Shown here: positions 28,750 through 40,100 of the stretch, piece by piece
Position numbering within the stretch: the first letter of the stretch is position 1
Layout: each line of letters starts with the position of its first letter
DNA from: Candidatus Falkowbacteria bacterium
GTDB lineage: Bacteria > Patescibacteriota > Patescibacteriia > UBA11705 > JABHMO01
DNA: 64,000 bases
Reading direction: 5' to 3'
NCBI GenBank assembly: GCA_018693855.1
Contig: JABHMO010000043.1
Coordinates: 4,450 to 68,449, forward strand
Position numbers and translations under genes: made by a program
Notes under the pieces: generated by a model
What the model saw: the letters and a program-made list of their open reading frames with translations, nothing else
The model's database searches: none
What the model was told of the DNA's origin: nothing

Positions 28750-30636
28750 CTATTTCAACTTCTTCATATAAGTAACGATCTCTTGTCCTTCTTCTAGACC
28801 GGAAATAATCTCGATTAAACCATTGTCTGCTCGAAGTCCAGTTTCAACTGAGATTTCTTTGTGAGTATTTCCATCCAAAATTCGGACAACTTTACCTGAA
28901 CCATTATTTTCAATAACAGCTCGTCTTGGTACAAAGAGAGTTCCGGTTCTTGATTCAGTGAAAATAAGAGTATTTGCTGTCATACCCGGTTTAACTTGCT
29001 TTTCTGTACTTGGATCAAAAACTATTTTAACACTGTAATAAATAACGTCTTGAATAACTGTTTCACCTGGATCAATAGAACTAACCGTTCCCATGAATAG
29101 TTCGTCGTCACCAAAAGCATCCAAAGTTATTTCAACTTCGTCATCTTGCTCAATTTTCGCAATATCAGATTCTGAGATATCAACTTCTATTTCAAATCCG
29201 TTTAGATTTTCCATTTTCACAACGTGAGGTTTCGCTGATGAAGCAGTGACTTGTTCACCAATTTCATATTCAATAGAAGTAACCGTACCATCAATTGGTG
29301 CTTTTATAACTGCGTCCTCAAACTTCTTTTGAGCCAACTCGTAAGCAGCTTGCATCTGGGCTACCCTTGCTTGATTTGGAGCAATATCAACATATCTAGG
29401 ATCAGCTGCCTTTAGGTCTAACTGAGACACAGCTAACTCCCAAGCAGATTTCGCAATCTCTATTTTATTTTCTTGACTTGTTAATTGAGAATCTTTTGTA
29501 GCAACAGCTAAATCATAGTTCGCCTTGCTGACATTGTAAGAATTTTCAGCAGAATTCAGAGCTGATTGATATGTATCTTGTTGTGTTTGTTTTGAAATCC
29601 GAGCACTTACTAAATTCTGATAAGCTGAACGCAAACTTGATAAGTCTGATGAGATAGTAACTTGTTCTGCTGAAATACTCGTTTTATAGCTATTAAGATC
29701 TGTACTGGTAAAATCAACCGAAGTAAGAGAGTATCGAAGCATTTCATAAACTGTTCTAAGTTCTGCAAACATGTTTTCCAATGTAACAGTTGCCACATTA
29801 ACAACAGAATCAAGTTCATCATCAGTACTAGAAATACTAATATTTTCAAATTCACTTTCCAACAGCTCTATGCTTCGTTCTGCAGCGCCTCTTAAAAGAA
29901 CTTCTTCATATACTGTAGTCATTTTTCGTTGACCAATGTACTTATCAAAATAAGTTTCTTCAATTACTTTATAAATTTCGTCTAATGAAACATGCATATC
30001 AGCAACAGAATCTTCAATAAGTATCAACAAGGTATCTTTGTAATTTTCAACTGTTTGATCCTGAGTATTACCTATATTACCTAAATCAACTTGTGAATCC
30101 TCGTAAGCTTTTTTCGATTTTGCTAGATTTTCTTCGTAAGTTACGATATCTTTTTCTAACTTAGTTTGCAGAGTTGTAAGTTCTTCAATTGCATTCTGAT
30201 AATCGATATATGCTTTATTCGCAGTAATTTGAGACACATTAATATCTTGACTGCTCGCTCCTGCCAACTGTCTATTCAAATCAGCTTGAGCTTGTCTTAA
30301 ATTAGCATCTGCCTGAGCTAATTGGAACTTCAACTCTCTATCATCAAGTCCTATAATCGGATCATCTTTAAGAACCTCCTGTCCAACAGCTGCGAAAAGA
30401 TCTTTTACAACACCTGTTGTCTGAAAAGACAATGAAACTTCTTCAGCTGATTGCACCTTCCCTGTCGCGTCAACTGTCTGTACTAAATCCCCTCTCGCAA
30501 CAGTTTCTGTTGTATATTCATACTCAGAGTCCGAACCTTTTACCAATACAAAAACTATAATAATAGCTATTACTATTAAAATAATTAACCACCAAAACTT
30601 TTTGAGGATTCTTCTCATAGCTTTTTTATGCGTCAT
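28750..30636 (-). CDS. HlyD/MacA-family periplasmic adaptor (membrane-fusion protein) with a long coiled-coil hairpin
   Basis: N-terminal TM KKFWWLIILIVIAIIIVFVL, a >250-aa alpha-helical coiled coil, and a C-terminal beta-barrel/lipoyl-like region (VKPGMTANTLIFTESRTGTLFVPRRAV). It is first in the operon with the ATPase and two permeases. Confidence 0.75.
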   Translation of the reverse strand: MTHKKAMRRILKKFWWLIILIVIAIIIVFVLVKGSDSEYEYTTETVARGDLVQTVDATGKVQSAEEVSLSFQTTGVVKDLFAAVGQEVLKDDPIIGLDDRELKFQLAQADANLRQAQADLNRQLAGASSQDINVSQITANKAYIDYQNAIEELTTLQTKLEKDIVTYEENLAKSKKAYEDSQVDLGNIGNTQDQTVENYKDTLLILIEDSVADMHVSLDEIYKVIEETYFDKYIGQRKMTTVYEEVLLRGAAERSIELLESEFENISISSTDDELDSVVNVATVTLENMFAELRTVYEMLRYSLTSVDFTSTDLNSYKTSISAEQVTISSDLSSLRSAYQNLVSARISKQTQQDTYQSALNSAENSYNVSKANYDLAVATKDSQLTSQENKIEIAKSAWELAVSQLDLKAADPRYVDIAPNQARVAQMQAAYELAQKKFEDAVIKAPIDGTVTSIEYEIGEQVTASSAKPHVVKMENLNGFEIEVDISESDIAKIEQDDEVEITLDAFGDDELFMGTVSSIDPGETVIQDVIYYSVKIVFDPSTEKQVKPGMTANTLIFTESRTGTLFVPRRAVIENNGSGKVVRILDGNTHKEISVETGLRADNGLIEIISGLEEGQEIVTYMKKLK

Positions 30637-30828
30637 TTAATCACAAATTTGATTTATGTTACGTGCTATGCGATACGTGTTACGTGAATATTATACCATT
30701 TTTTTAACCTTTATTAAACTTTTTATACACAAAAAGCCTCTAAGCTTTACAATCCTTTCAAATAGTGATACTATCCCCCTGATGACAAAAAACGTTCTAT
30801 TCATAAATTAAACTTTAACCTAAACAAT

Positions 30829-30912
30829 ATGGCAAGACAAAACAAGAAAAAAGGCGTTGGGACAAAGGTTCCAAAGATAAAAAGACTTAGAAAACAAGGC
30901 CGAACTAAGTAA
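30829..30912 (+). CDS. Possible tiny basic ORF (27 aa: MARQNKKKGVGTKVPKIKRLRKQGRTK)
   Basis: An ATG ORF in a divergent intergenic region, followed by a terminator. It shows weak N-terminal resemblance to bL32 starts but is too short to assign. Confidence 0.25.
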   Translation: MARQNKKKGVGTKVPKIKRLRKQGRTK

Positions 30913-30931
30913 TTAGAGATCTTCAATAAAA

Positions 30932-30962
30932 AATATCCGAGAATTACCTCGGATATTTTTAT
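30932..30962 (+). terminator. Rho-independent terminator
   Basis: atatccgag-aattacc-tcggatat followed by TTTTTAT. Confidence 0.6.
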
Positions 30963-30973
30963 ATACAAGTTTT

Positions 30974-31174
30974 CTAAGATTCAAAGTAGTACAAATAGAT
31001 AACACCTAAGACAATAACAATCAACCAAAACAACATTATCTTCCATTTTGATCTAATGTGATCAAATTTTTTAACAACTGACTCCCGACCAACATTATAA
31101 AAAACCCAAACTATCCAGACCACAACAGCGATCACGACAAGAGCTAAAATTTTTCTATAATCAAAATAGTCCAT
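30974..31174 (-). CDS. Small two-TM membrane protein
   Basis: 66 aa, ending 15 nt upstream of the giant gene start region. Confidence 0.35.
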   Translation of the reverse strand: MDYFDYRKILALVVIAVVVWIVWVFYNVGRESVVKKFDHIRSKWKIMLFWLIVIVLGVIYLYYFES

Positions 31175-31188
31175 AAATAGTTTATAAA

Positions 31189-34100
31189 TTAATTATTTTG
31201 ATCAGTCTCTAAATTAGTATTATCCGAATCGTCAGTTGTCTCAATTTCACCTTCATCAATATCATTCTTTTTTTTCAACTTAACAGACTCGATATTATAG
31301 AAATCTTCATGAAGCTCGTCTAGATCAACGCCCTTAATATCTTCCTCATGTTTCTCAGCATGACGTCTTGTTTGTTTTTGTTTACCATCAACAAGTTTTT
31401 CTTCCTCACGACCTAGAGTTGATCTCATTGTGACTGGCGCCCCAATTTTCTGAGCCTGCTCAACATCTTCTCCTAATCCATGAGGATGCAAGAATAAGTC
31501 TTCAGCTAAATATCCTGACAGTTCATGTTCAAGGTTGATAACCGGCGTTCTCTTTGGATAGTAACCAACCTTCTCAGCAGTTACATAATACTCACTGTTA
31601 CCAACTAGGAAAGCATACCGACCATAACTGTCTGTAACTTGAGAATCTAGCAACTTATTATACTTTGTATCAAACACTCTTAACACAACAGTTCCAAGTC
31701 GATCCCTAGTCTTTGAATCACGAATTACACCGAAACTCTTTGGTTTAGAAGTAAAAGCCAATCGATTGAAGATAATATACATTCCGATATGAGCTAATGC
31801 AGTTCCTCCAACCCAAGCAGCTGGATTAATAACAAATGAAACAACTGCAACTATCGGTCCAGCCATAGTTAAGACTTGCTGTCCTTTTCGAATAAAATAC
31901 AGTTTAACAATCATTGAAGAAGTTTTCTTTTCTTGACTTGGATCAACAGCAATTGGAGAAACAAATGAAGTGTTTTCTTGAGTGATCTCGAAATCATCTC
32001 CGTAATAGACATCATGGAACTTACCGTCAACCTCAGCTTTTCTCAAAATATTACTTGGATACTTAAAGCCTTTCTTATCTACTGTAATGTAATATTTACC
32101 TGGTTTCAAAATAAACTGATAACGTCCCTGAGCGTCTGTTACTTTTGTTCGGACTAATCTATTACTATCTGATCGATAAACACGGACAACAGCTAAATCA
32201 ACTGATCGTTTAGTAACAGAGTTGTAAACAACGCCCCAAGTTTTCTTTCTTCTACGTGAGAATAGAACGATCAAAGGTTGAGTAAAGATAAAGTTTAAGT
32301 AAGAAAGCACAGTTGCACCAGATGCACTTGTAACACCTATTGTCGCTAATGAAGCAACTGATGTTGCAGTTACAACGGCCATTATCTCTTCTTTTACAAC
32401 GTGATTAAGTTTTTCAATCGCTGGATGATCTATTGTGGCTTTCTGCACGTCTTTCACTGTCTTAGAAACTCTTCTAACCACTTTCTTTACTTCTTTATTA
32501 TCAATACCTAGAACAGTAGTAACACCTGATGTTAATTCTTCAACTCCACATAATTTCTCATACGTTCGTTCATCATCAGTTCGTTCCCATTCTTCTTTTT
32601 CTCTTATTGATTGAATTAAGGCATTATTTGAACAAGAAGTTTCTGAATTATCAGCAATACTTTCACAATCGATATCATCTAAATCAGTTGTACCATCATT
32701 ATCATTATCAATATAGTCATTACACTGTGTTCGTTTATTGCCAATAACGACGTCCGCACTCTCAGTTTCATCAACATAATCATCACAATCAAGATCAGCT
32801 GGGTAGTCAACTAAGCCGTCACCGTCATTATCAATTCCATCACTACATTGAGGTAAGATTGATCCACCTTGAGTACTTTCGTTATCATCATCTAAACTGT
32901 CACAGTCAGGATCAGTTGGATAATCAACAAACCCATCACTATCATTATCAATACCATCATTACATTGGAAATATACAGCTAGAGAATAGTCTTCCTCATC
33001 GTAATCACTAGCACTTAGACAACCTGGATCTTCAGGGAAGTCAATTAAACCATCACCATCATTATCAAATAAATCACTACAAGCTAAGCCTGTCTCAAAT
33101 CCAGTAAACTCATCGTTATCTGAAGCACTAACACAACCAGGATCAAGTGGGTAATCAATGAGCCCATTTTCATCATTATCAATACCGTCATTACATTGAT
33201 AAATATATTCAGAGTCTACCTCACTAGTATCTGCGGCGTTTTGACAACCTGGATCATTTGGATAATCAATTAAACCGTCACCATCATTATCAATAAAATC
33301 ACTACAACTTGTTAAAATTGCGTTAAGTTCATCATTGTCTCCAGCAGCTACGCAACCTGGATCAAATGGATAATCAATATACTGATCACTATCATTATCA
33401 ATCACATCACTACACTGAGTTAATCCATGATCAGTCTCGTCATTATCAGAGCTGCTATCACAACCTGGATCGAAAAGATCTACTTTGCCATCATTATCAT
33501 TATCAACACCATCACTACATTGTGACAAGACAAGATTGTACTCATCATCATCAGCCGCTGAAGTACAACCAGGATCTGACATGTCAATTAGACCGTCAGC
33601 ATCATTGTCAACAGAATCACTACAAGCAGTTAACAACTCATTTTCTTCAGTATCGTCAGCTGCGTCCGAGCAACCTGGATCTGCTAAATCAACTAAGTTA
33701 TCATTATCATTATCAATACCATCACTACAATGTGTTGCTTTTATATTAAGCTCGTCATCATGTTGAGGACTGACACATCCAGGATCGAACGGGTAATCAA
33801 TCAAACCATCTAAATCATTATCGATTCCATCGCTACACTGTGTTACTGTGTCATTTACTTCATCATTGTCAGTTTCATCGCTGCAACCAGGATCTAGCAA
33901 GTCAATGAAACCATCGTTATCATTATCAATACCGTCATTACATTGGTAAATAATATAATCTGTTTCACTTGTATCACTAGAAGAAGAACAACCTGGATCA
34001 GCTGGGTAATCAATCAACCCATCATTATCATTATCAAGTTTATCTGAACAAGCAACTGCGTCAATTGGATCAACCTCACTATTATCTGAAGCATTTATAC

Positions 34101-37100
34101 AACCAGGGTCATTTGGATAATCAATTAAACTATCACTATCATTATCAAGACCATCACTACACTGTGTAATTAGTAAATTAGTCTCATCATTATCAGAACT
34201 ACTTGAACAACCTGGATCAAGTAAATCAATTAAGCCGTCACTGTCATTATCAAGTCCATCACTACACTGCGTTAATGACACATTAATTTCACTACTGTCA
34301 TCTAATCCGTCACAACCAGGATCATCAGGATAGTCGATTAATCCATCAGCATCATTATCAATCTTATCACTACAAGCAGGAACATCCTCACTGCCCATAA
34401 TTGTATTTGAAACAGTGTTTGAATATATTAGCGCCTCTGCTCCGTCATAATTAAGTGAAGCATAATTACTAATCACCTGTTTTGGAACACCTACAACAGT
34501 TGCGCTAAATGAAACCGTACCACTCTCACCTACTTCAACAGTTCCTAGATTAGCTGTGACAACAGAACTTGAGTAAGAACCGTAATCAGAGTCTAAAACG
34601 TCAGTTTGAGAGGCACCGTTAACATAAATACTACCTGAAGAATACTGCGTATACTGTGGAACAGTATCAGAAATTACTACGCCAGCTGCAGCTGCGTCAC
34701 CGTTGTTTGAATAAGAGATTGTATAAGTAATAAGATCACCAGGCTGAGCTTCGCCCGTAGCAGTTACATCATAACCAATGTTCAAATACAACAATCCGAA
34801 GAAAGCAATACCTGCAATCAACTTCAAGGCAACACCTCCCCAGAGACCTGCCATTAAAATTCTAAAAAATCTATAAAATTTCGAATGAGCTTTGAAACGA
34901 CTAGAATCCGTTGGCTCATCAATATTATTTATTAATTTATAAACATCTTCAGTTTTCCTTGATCGGAAATCAGTAAAGATCATCTTAGGAACGCATTTTA
35001 GTCGAATCATCAACTTTTCTGAACCATTGATTATAATGGAAAGTAAGACAACCAATAAAACCAAAGCTAATCCAATCAAGAACTTATCAGTCCAAGCAGA
35101 AGTTGATTTCACTGCGTTCATTAAATGAAAATTATCACCAGCGTGAGCTGTAGTTCCAAAACTTATAAAAGAAGTTTCAAACCCACCTGACGAAACATCA
35201 GCAGATTTCGTTAAGACAAAAGCTGGACTTCCTTCTGGTAGACTTTCCAAAGTAACATTATAAGCCTCTGACAAAAAGGTTGTTTCATCATTTTCATTTA
35301 TTGCTTTTAATTTAAATGTATACAACTGATCTAATACCAAACCGTCCATAACAATTCCACCATCACCCCAATCGCCGTATGATTGATAAACTGGTTCTTC
35401 TCCTAAGAAAGCATCAGCTTGCAACCAACCAACCTCACCTTCAGACAGTGACCAAATTGCGTATTTTGTATAAGCAGGATTTCCATTTGCATCAATTTGC
35501 AATGAGATTGAGTTATCAGACAGTTGTGAATGGCTAACAAATTCTGGAACAGCAGCATGAGTGTAAATAGACAGACCTTCAACTAATGTTGCTGGTGGTT
35601 CAGCTCGGCCAAGATCATTCACCGAATAAACTTCCCTTCTATAACCTGTATTAGGAAACAAATCCACCTCTTCATAAGCTTTGTCAGACAAAGAATCAAC
35701 AATTGGATCTTCAGCGCCCTCATCTTCAGACCAAAATTCAAATGTATCCGGATAATCATCATTATTGCTATAACTCCAAGTCCACAAAATAGAGCTTTCA
35801 CTTTGAGCCGTTCCGTATAAATTAGTTGGCGAATCCGGAGCTAACAAGGGACTTGTCCATCCCGCAGCACTGCTAATATAATTTAACGATAAATCATTCA
35901 AATAAGGACTCTTGTTAACATCCGTAGTACTCATCGTTGCTTTAGCTTTTATAACAGCTGTTCCAGCATTAAAAGTGTACTCGGCTCCAGGAGTAACCTC
36001 TTCCCAAGAAGAACCTCCTGCATTATATGTGAAACTATAAATGATATCATTATCACCAAAGATGTAATCTTCATCATCGTCAATTGCATTAAGATGCGTA
36101 GCTCCAGCTACGCCAGTAGTTCCAACAGTACAAGTAGTACCACTGTCCTCTGTATGAGCGTAAGTTTCATTATCACCAACAGCTAAAAATCTGGTGGTAC
36201 TTTCATTTCTAATCCAATTCAAATTCTCAGAAGTACTACAGCTACTAATTGTTGACCATGTTACACCATCACTTGATTTAATAATGATTCCATTATCCCC
36301 TACAGCGGTGAACCAATTATTACTCATCTCAATATGATTTAGATTCTCAGAAGTATTCGTTGTAATAGTTCCCCAAGTAGCACCAGAATCAGCAGATGCA
36401 ATCATTGTCCCACTGTCACCAACAAAGAAAATAGCACTTGCATCTTCGCTAACCCAAACACCATTAAGATTTTCAGCGGTAGCAGATGCTCCAAAATTAA
36501 CAACCGCACAAGTTGTCAAAGTAATATCACTACCTGCATCAGCTGGTTGTAAATTAATTTTCGCAGCCACTCCACCAGTACCAGATGTATAAATAATATG
36601 TTCATTAGTTGTCTCTATTCCCATTTCACTCAGATCAGTTGCACTTGTCACAACTCCATTACACAAGTCAGTTTTAGTCACTAATGTCTGATCAACTGCT
36701 TTGATATAACCATCACTACCAACACTAATAATGTAAGTTGTTCCACCAACATCTCCTGACCAATAATCCATTAAATTACTGGTTCCCTCATCAACTGCTA
36801 AGTCACCCCAAACGCCTCCCATTTTAATAGCATTATTACCACTGTCACCAAGTACAAAACTAACACCAGCACCAACTTCACCGCTATTCATATCAACACC
36901 TCTCGCAGTTGTATCTTCCTGACCAAATGTATATGAAGCATCAGCTGTATCTTGTACGTAATATGTAATAGTAGTATCTGTTGGAGTATAATCGCTTTTA
37001 TCTAAAGTAATAGTACTTAATTCCTCGGGATCAGTATAAACATCACTAGTAATAACATCATAATCAGTTGCAGCTGTATAAGTATGACGATGTTCAAACC

Positions 37101-40100
37101 TTCGACTCTCAGCAACTGATGGATAATTTGCATAAAAATCAAGATCACCATCACCATCATAGTCTCCCGTGATGATTGATTCTGATTTTGCCGCTACTCC
37201 AATTGTAGTATATGCAAAATTTAATTTCCCATGATTTCTGTACAGAATATCTGCTTCAGTTGATGCGTTTCCATTTGAAAAGAATATATCAAGATCACCA
37301 TCTAGGTCATCATCTGCTAAATGAATATCTCGTGTATCAGTACCATCTGAAAAAGATAAATGTTCGGTAAATGTACCTGTTCCGTTATTTGTGTAAATGT
37401 AATTACCTTTTGCTCCGCTAGCATTATCAGCCAAAACTGCGTCTAAATCACCATCTTGATCTAGATCTCCAAGTCGAATTACAAAAGAAGCAACTGCGAA
37501 AGTATCAACGCCTGTAAATGTACCTGAGCCGTTATTTGTAAAAACAGCGCCCTGAACAGCTCCATCAGTATATGGGAAAACTACATCAACATCACCATCT
37601 CCATCCACATCACCAACATCAAACTTACCAGTATTATACGTACTTGTTCCAAATGGATTAGTAACAGCGCTGAATGTTCCCGAACCATTATTGGTATACA
37701 GTTCATCTTTGTCACCAACATTAGCAACTAAAACATCTAAATCACCATCACCGTCAGTGTCAGCTAACTTCACGTCAATTGAATCATCAGTTCCAGCACC
37801 AAGCGCTTTACCTGTAAAAGTGTTACTTCCACTATTTAAATAAACAGTGTTAGCTGTACCGTATCCGACTTCAGCAACATCAAGAAGTCCATCATTATCA
37901 ACGTCAGCCACTTCCACTGCGTAAGCATTAACTGTACCAAACACAGCTGACTGAGTATATGAAAGTGCTCCATCATTTATCCAAAGTTCATTTTGAGCAC
38001 CATTATTATTAACATAAAGATCCATGTCTCCATCATTATCACTGTCAAAAACAGCGAGAACTGACTCCCCTGCTGTTAAATTTGAAGACGAATAACTGTT
38101 TGCAGTATTTGCATAATAATAGTTCTGTCCATTTGCACCAATAACAGCGTCAGAGTCCCCATCCTTATCAAAATCAGCTGACACAAAATCAGCACCATGA
38201 TACGTACCAAACACAGCTTCTTCTTCGTACTCTACTTGACCACGAACAGCGTACGTAAATGAGTATTTACCTGGATGTCGATAAACGTAATTAGCTGTTC
38301 CATTAGCTGAACCACAAAAAATATCTTCATAACCGTCGCCATCAATATCAGCTACTACCATTGAAGTATCTACACAAACATAGCCAGTATCAAGATCATT
38401 TAATTGAGTAAAAGAACCTGCACCGTTATTCATTAAAGCAGTTAACGAACCATCAGTTTCAGGTTTAAATATCAAATCTTTATCACCATCCAAATCAAAA
38501 TCTGTTACAACTGGGTCATCCATTGCTCCCATCGCTACAGTTGCTGCTGCTGAGAAAACACCAGAGCCATCATTTGTATAAGGTTTCAACGTTCTTGCTC
38601 CACCAGCCACCCAATCAACGTAAACCAAGTCATCATCTCCGTCATTATCAATATCAAACATCTCAAATCTATCATTTGAGTCAATACCTGTACCAAAAGT
38701 TGTTGCAGACAGTGCTAAAGTATTTGTCCCATCATGTATGAACATTTTTTCACCATTTGTAACATCTAGATAGCCATCATTATTAATATCAGCGCCTCTA
38801 ATACCATCCAGTGACGACATTGTTCCTAAACTTGCGCTAGCAGTAAAAGTACCAGTTCCATCATTAGTACATAAATATAGATCATTATAACCAGACGCAT
38901 AATCTAAATCACCATCATTATCAACGTCAAAAATAACTGCGTCATAACTTCCACAAGCAACGGCACTAGCTGAAAAAGTGGCTGAGCCATTATTTGAATG
39001 AAAAACTGCGCCAGTATCAGTCAATTCTAAAATATCAGGAATCTCGTCACCATTAGCATCCATGACGTACAATTTCTGTGTATTACTACTTCCAACAGTA
39101 GCAACTGCTGCTGCGTATGTATTTGTAGCAGGTAATTTAACAACTCTATTGATACCAAAGTTGCCCCCGAAATCACTAGCGTCTAAATCAATGTCTTCCA
39201 TTGATAAAAAATGTGTAATATATTCATAGACAGAGTCTGCTGCCACAGTAAAACTATAAATTCCGCTAACAGCTGACATCAAGCCATTCTCATCATAAGC
39301 TCTAGCGCGCCAGTAATAAATTTTTGATTCATCTAGATCAAATTCACTTGGCAATGTAAATGAACCAGTCGCTGCCGCTGCATAGCTTGAAGCTGACCAG
39401 CCGTAATCATCCTCTCGTTGATCAAAAACGAAAATATTATTTAATAGATCATCTGTCATGCCAATCTCAAGAACATACCAAAGTCGATCACTGTCAGCGT
39501 CAGAAGAACTCATTGTAAATGTTGGATTCACACTAACACCAGTCGCTGCATCAGCAGGCAGACTTAAAGTTGGAGCACCTGGTGCTGAGTTTGTATTATA
39601 AGCAATTGAAACACCAGTTATTGTTGGAGTAGCACTTCCGTCATCGCTTGTAATTGTGGCTCGCCAAAGAAGTTCATCTCCTTTTTCTACAAATGTATAC
39701 AAAGTACCAGATGTTGCAGTATCCCAAGACAAACCTTCATTCGTTGACATTGCATACGTTATCGTTCCACCAGTAGTAACATGAGTTCCTGTTAAAGTCG
39801 CGTTTAAGACAACGTTTCCTCCTGTATTTGCATCTGTTGCTAATGTAACAGTACCAGAAGAAGCATATAATCCAGAGTAATAAGCATAGTAAGGTGTTCC
39901 AGCAGGAAAAGAACCTGTTGTCATCAGGACATGTGGAACTGTTCCGTTTAGTTCTAAATCACCTTCTGTTGCATCGTTATTGGCTGAACCAACAGTTGCA
40001 ATACCTGCAGTACCATCAGCATCTTCCCATCGGCCATCACCACTATCCCATTGAGCATAATAACCGCCTTCAGCTGCTGCTTCTTCATTTGCAAAATAGA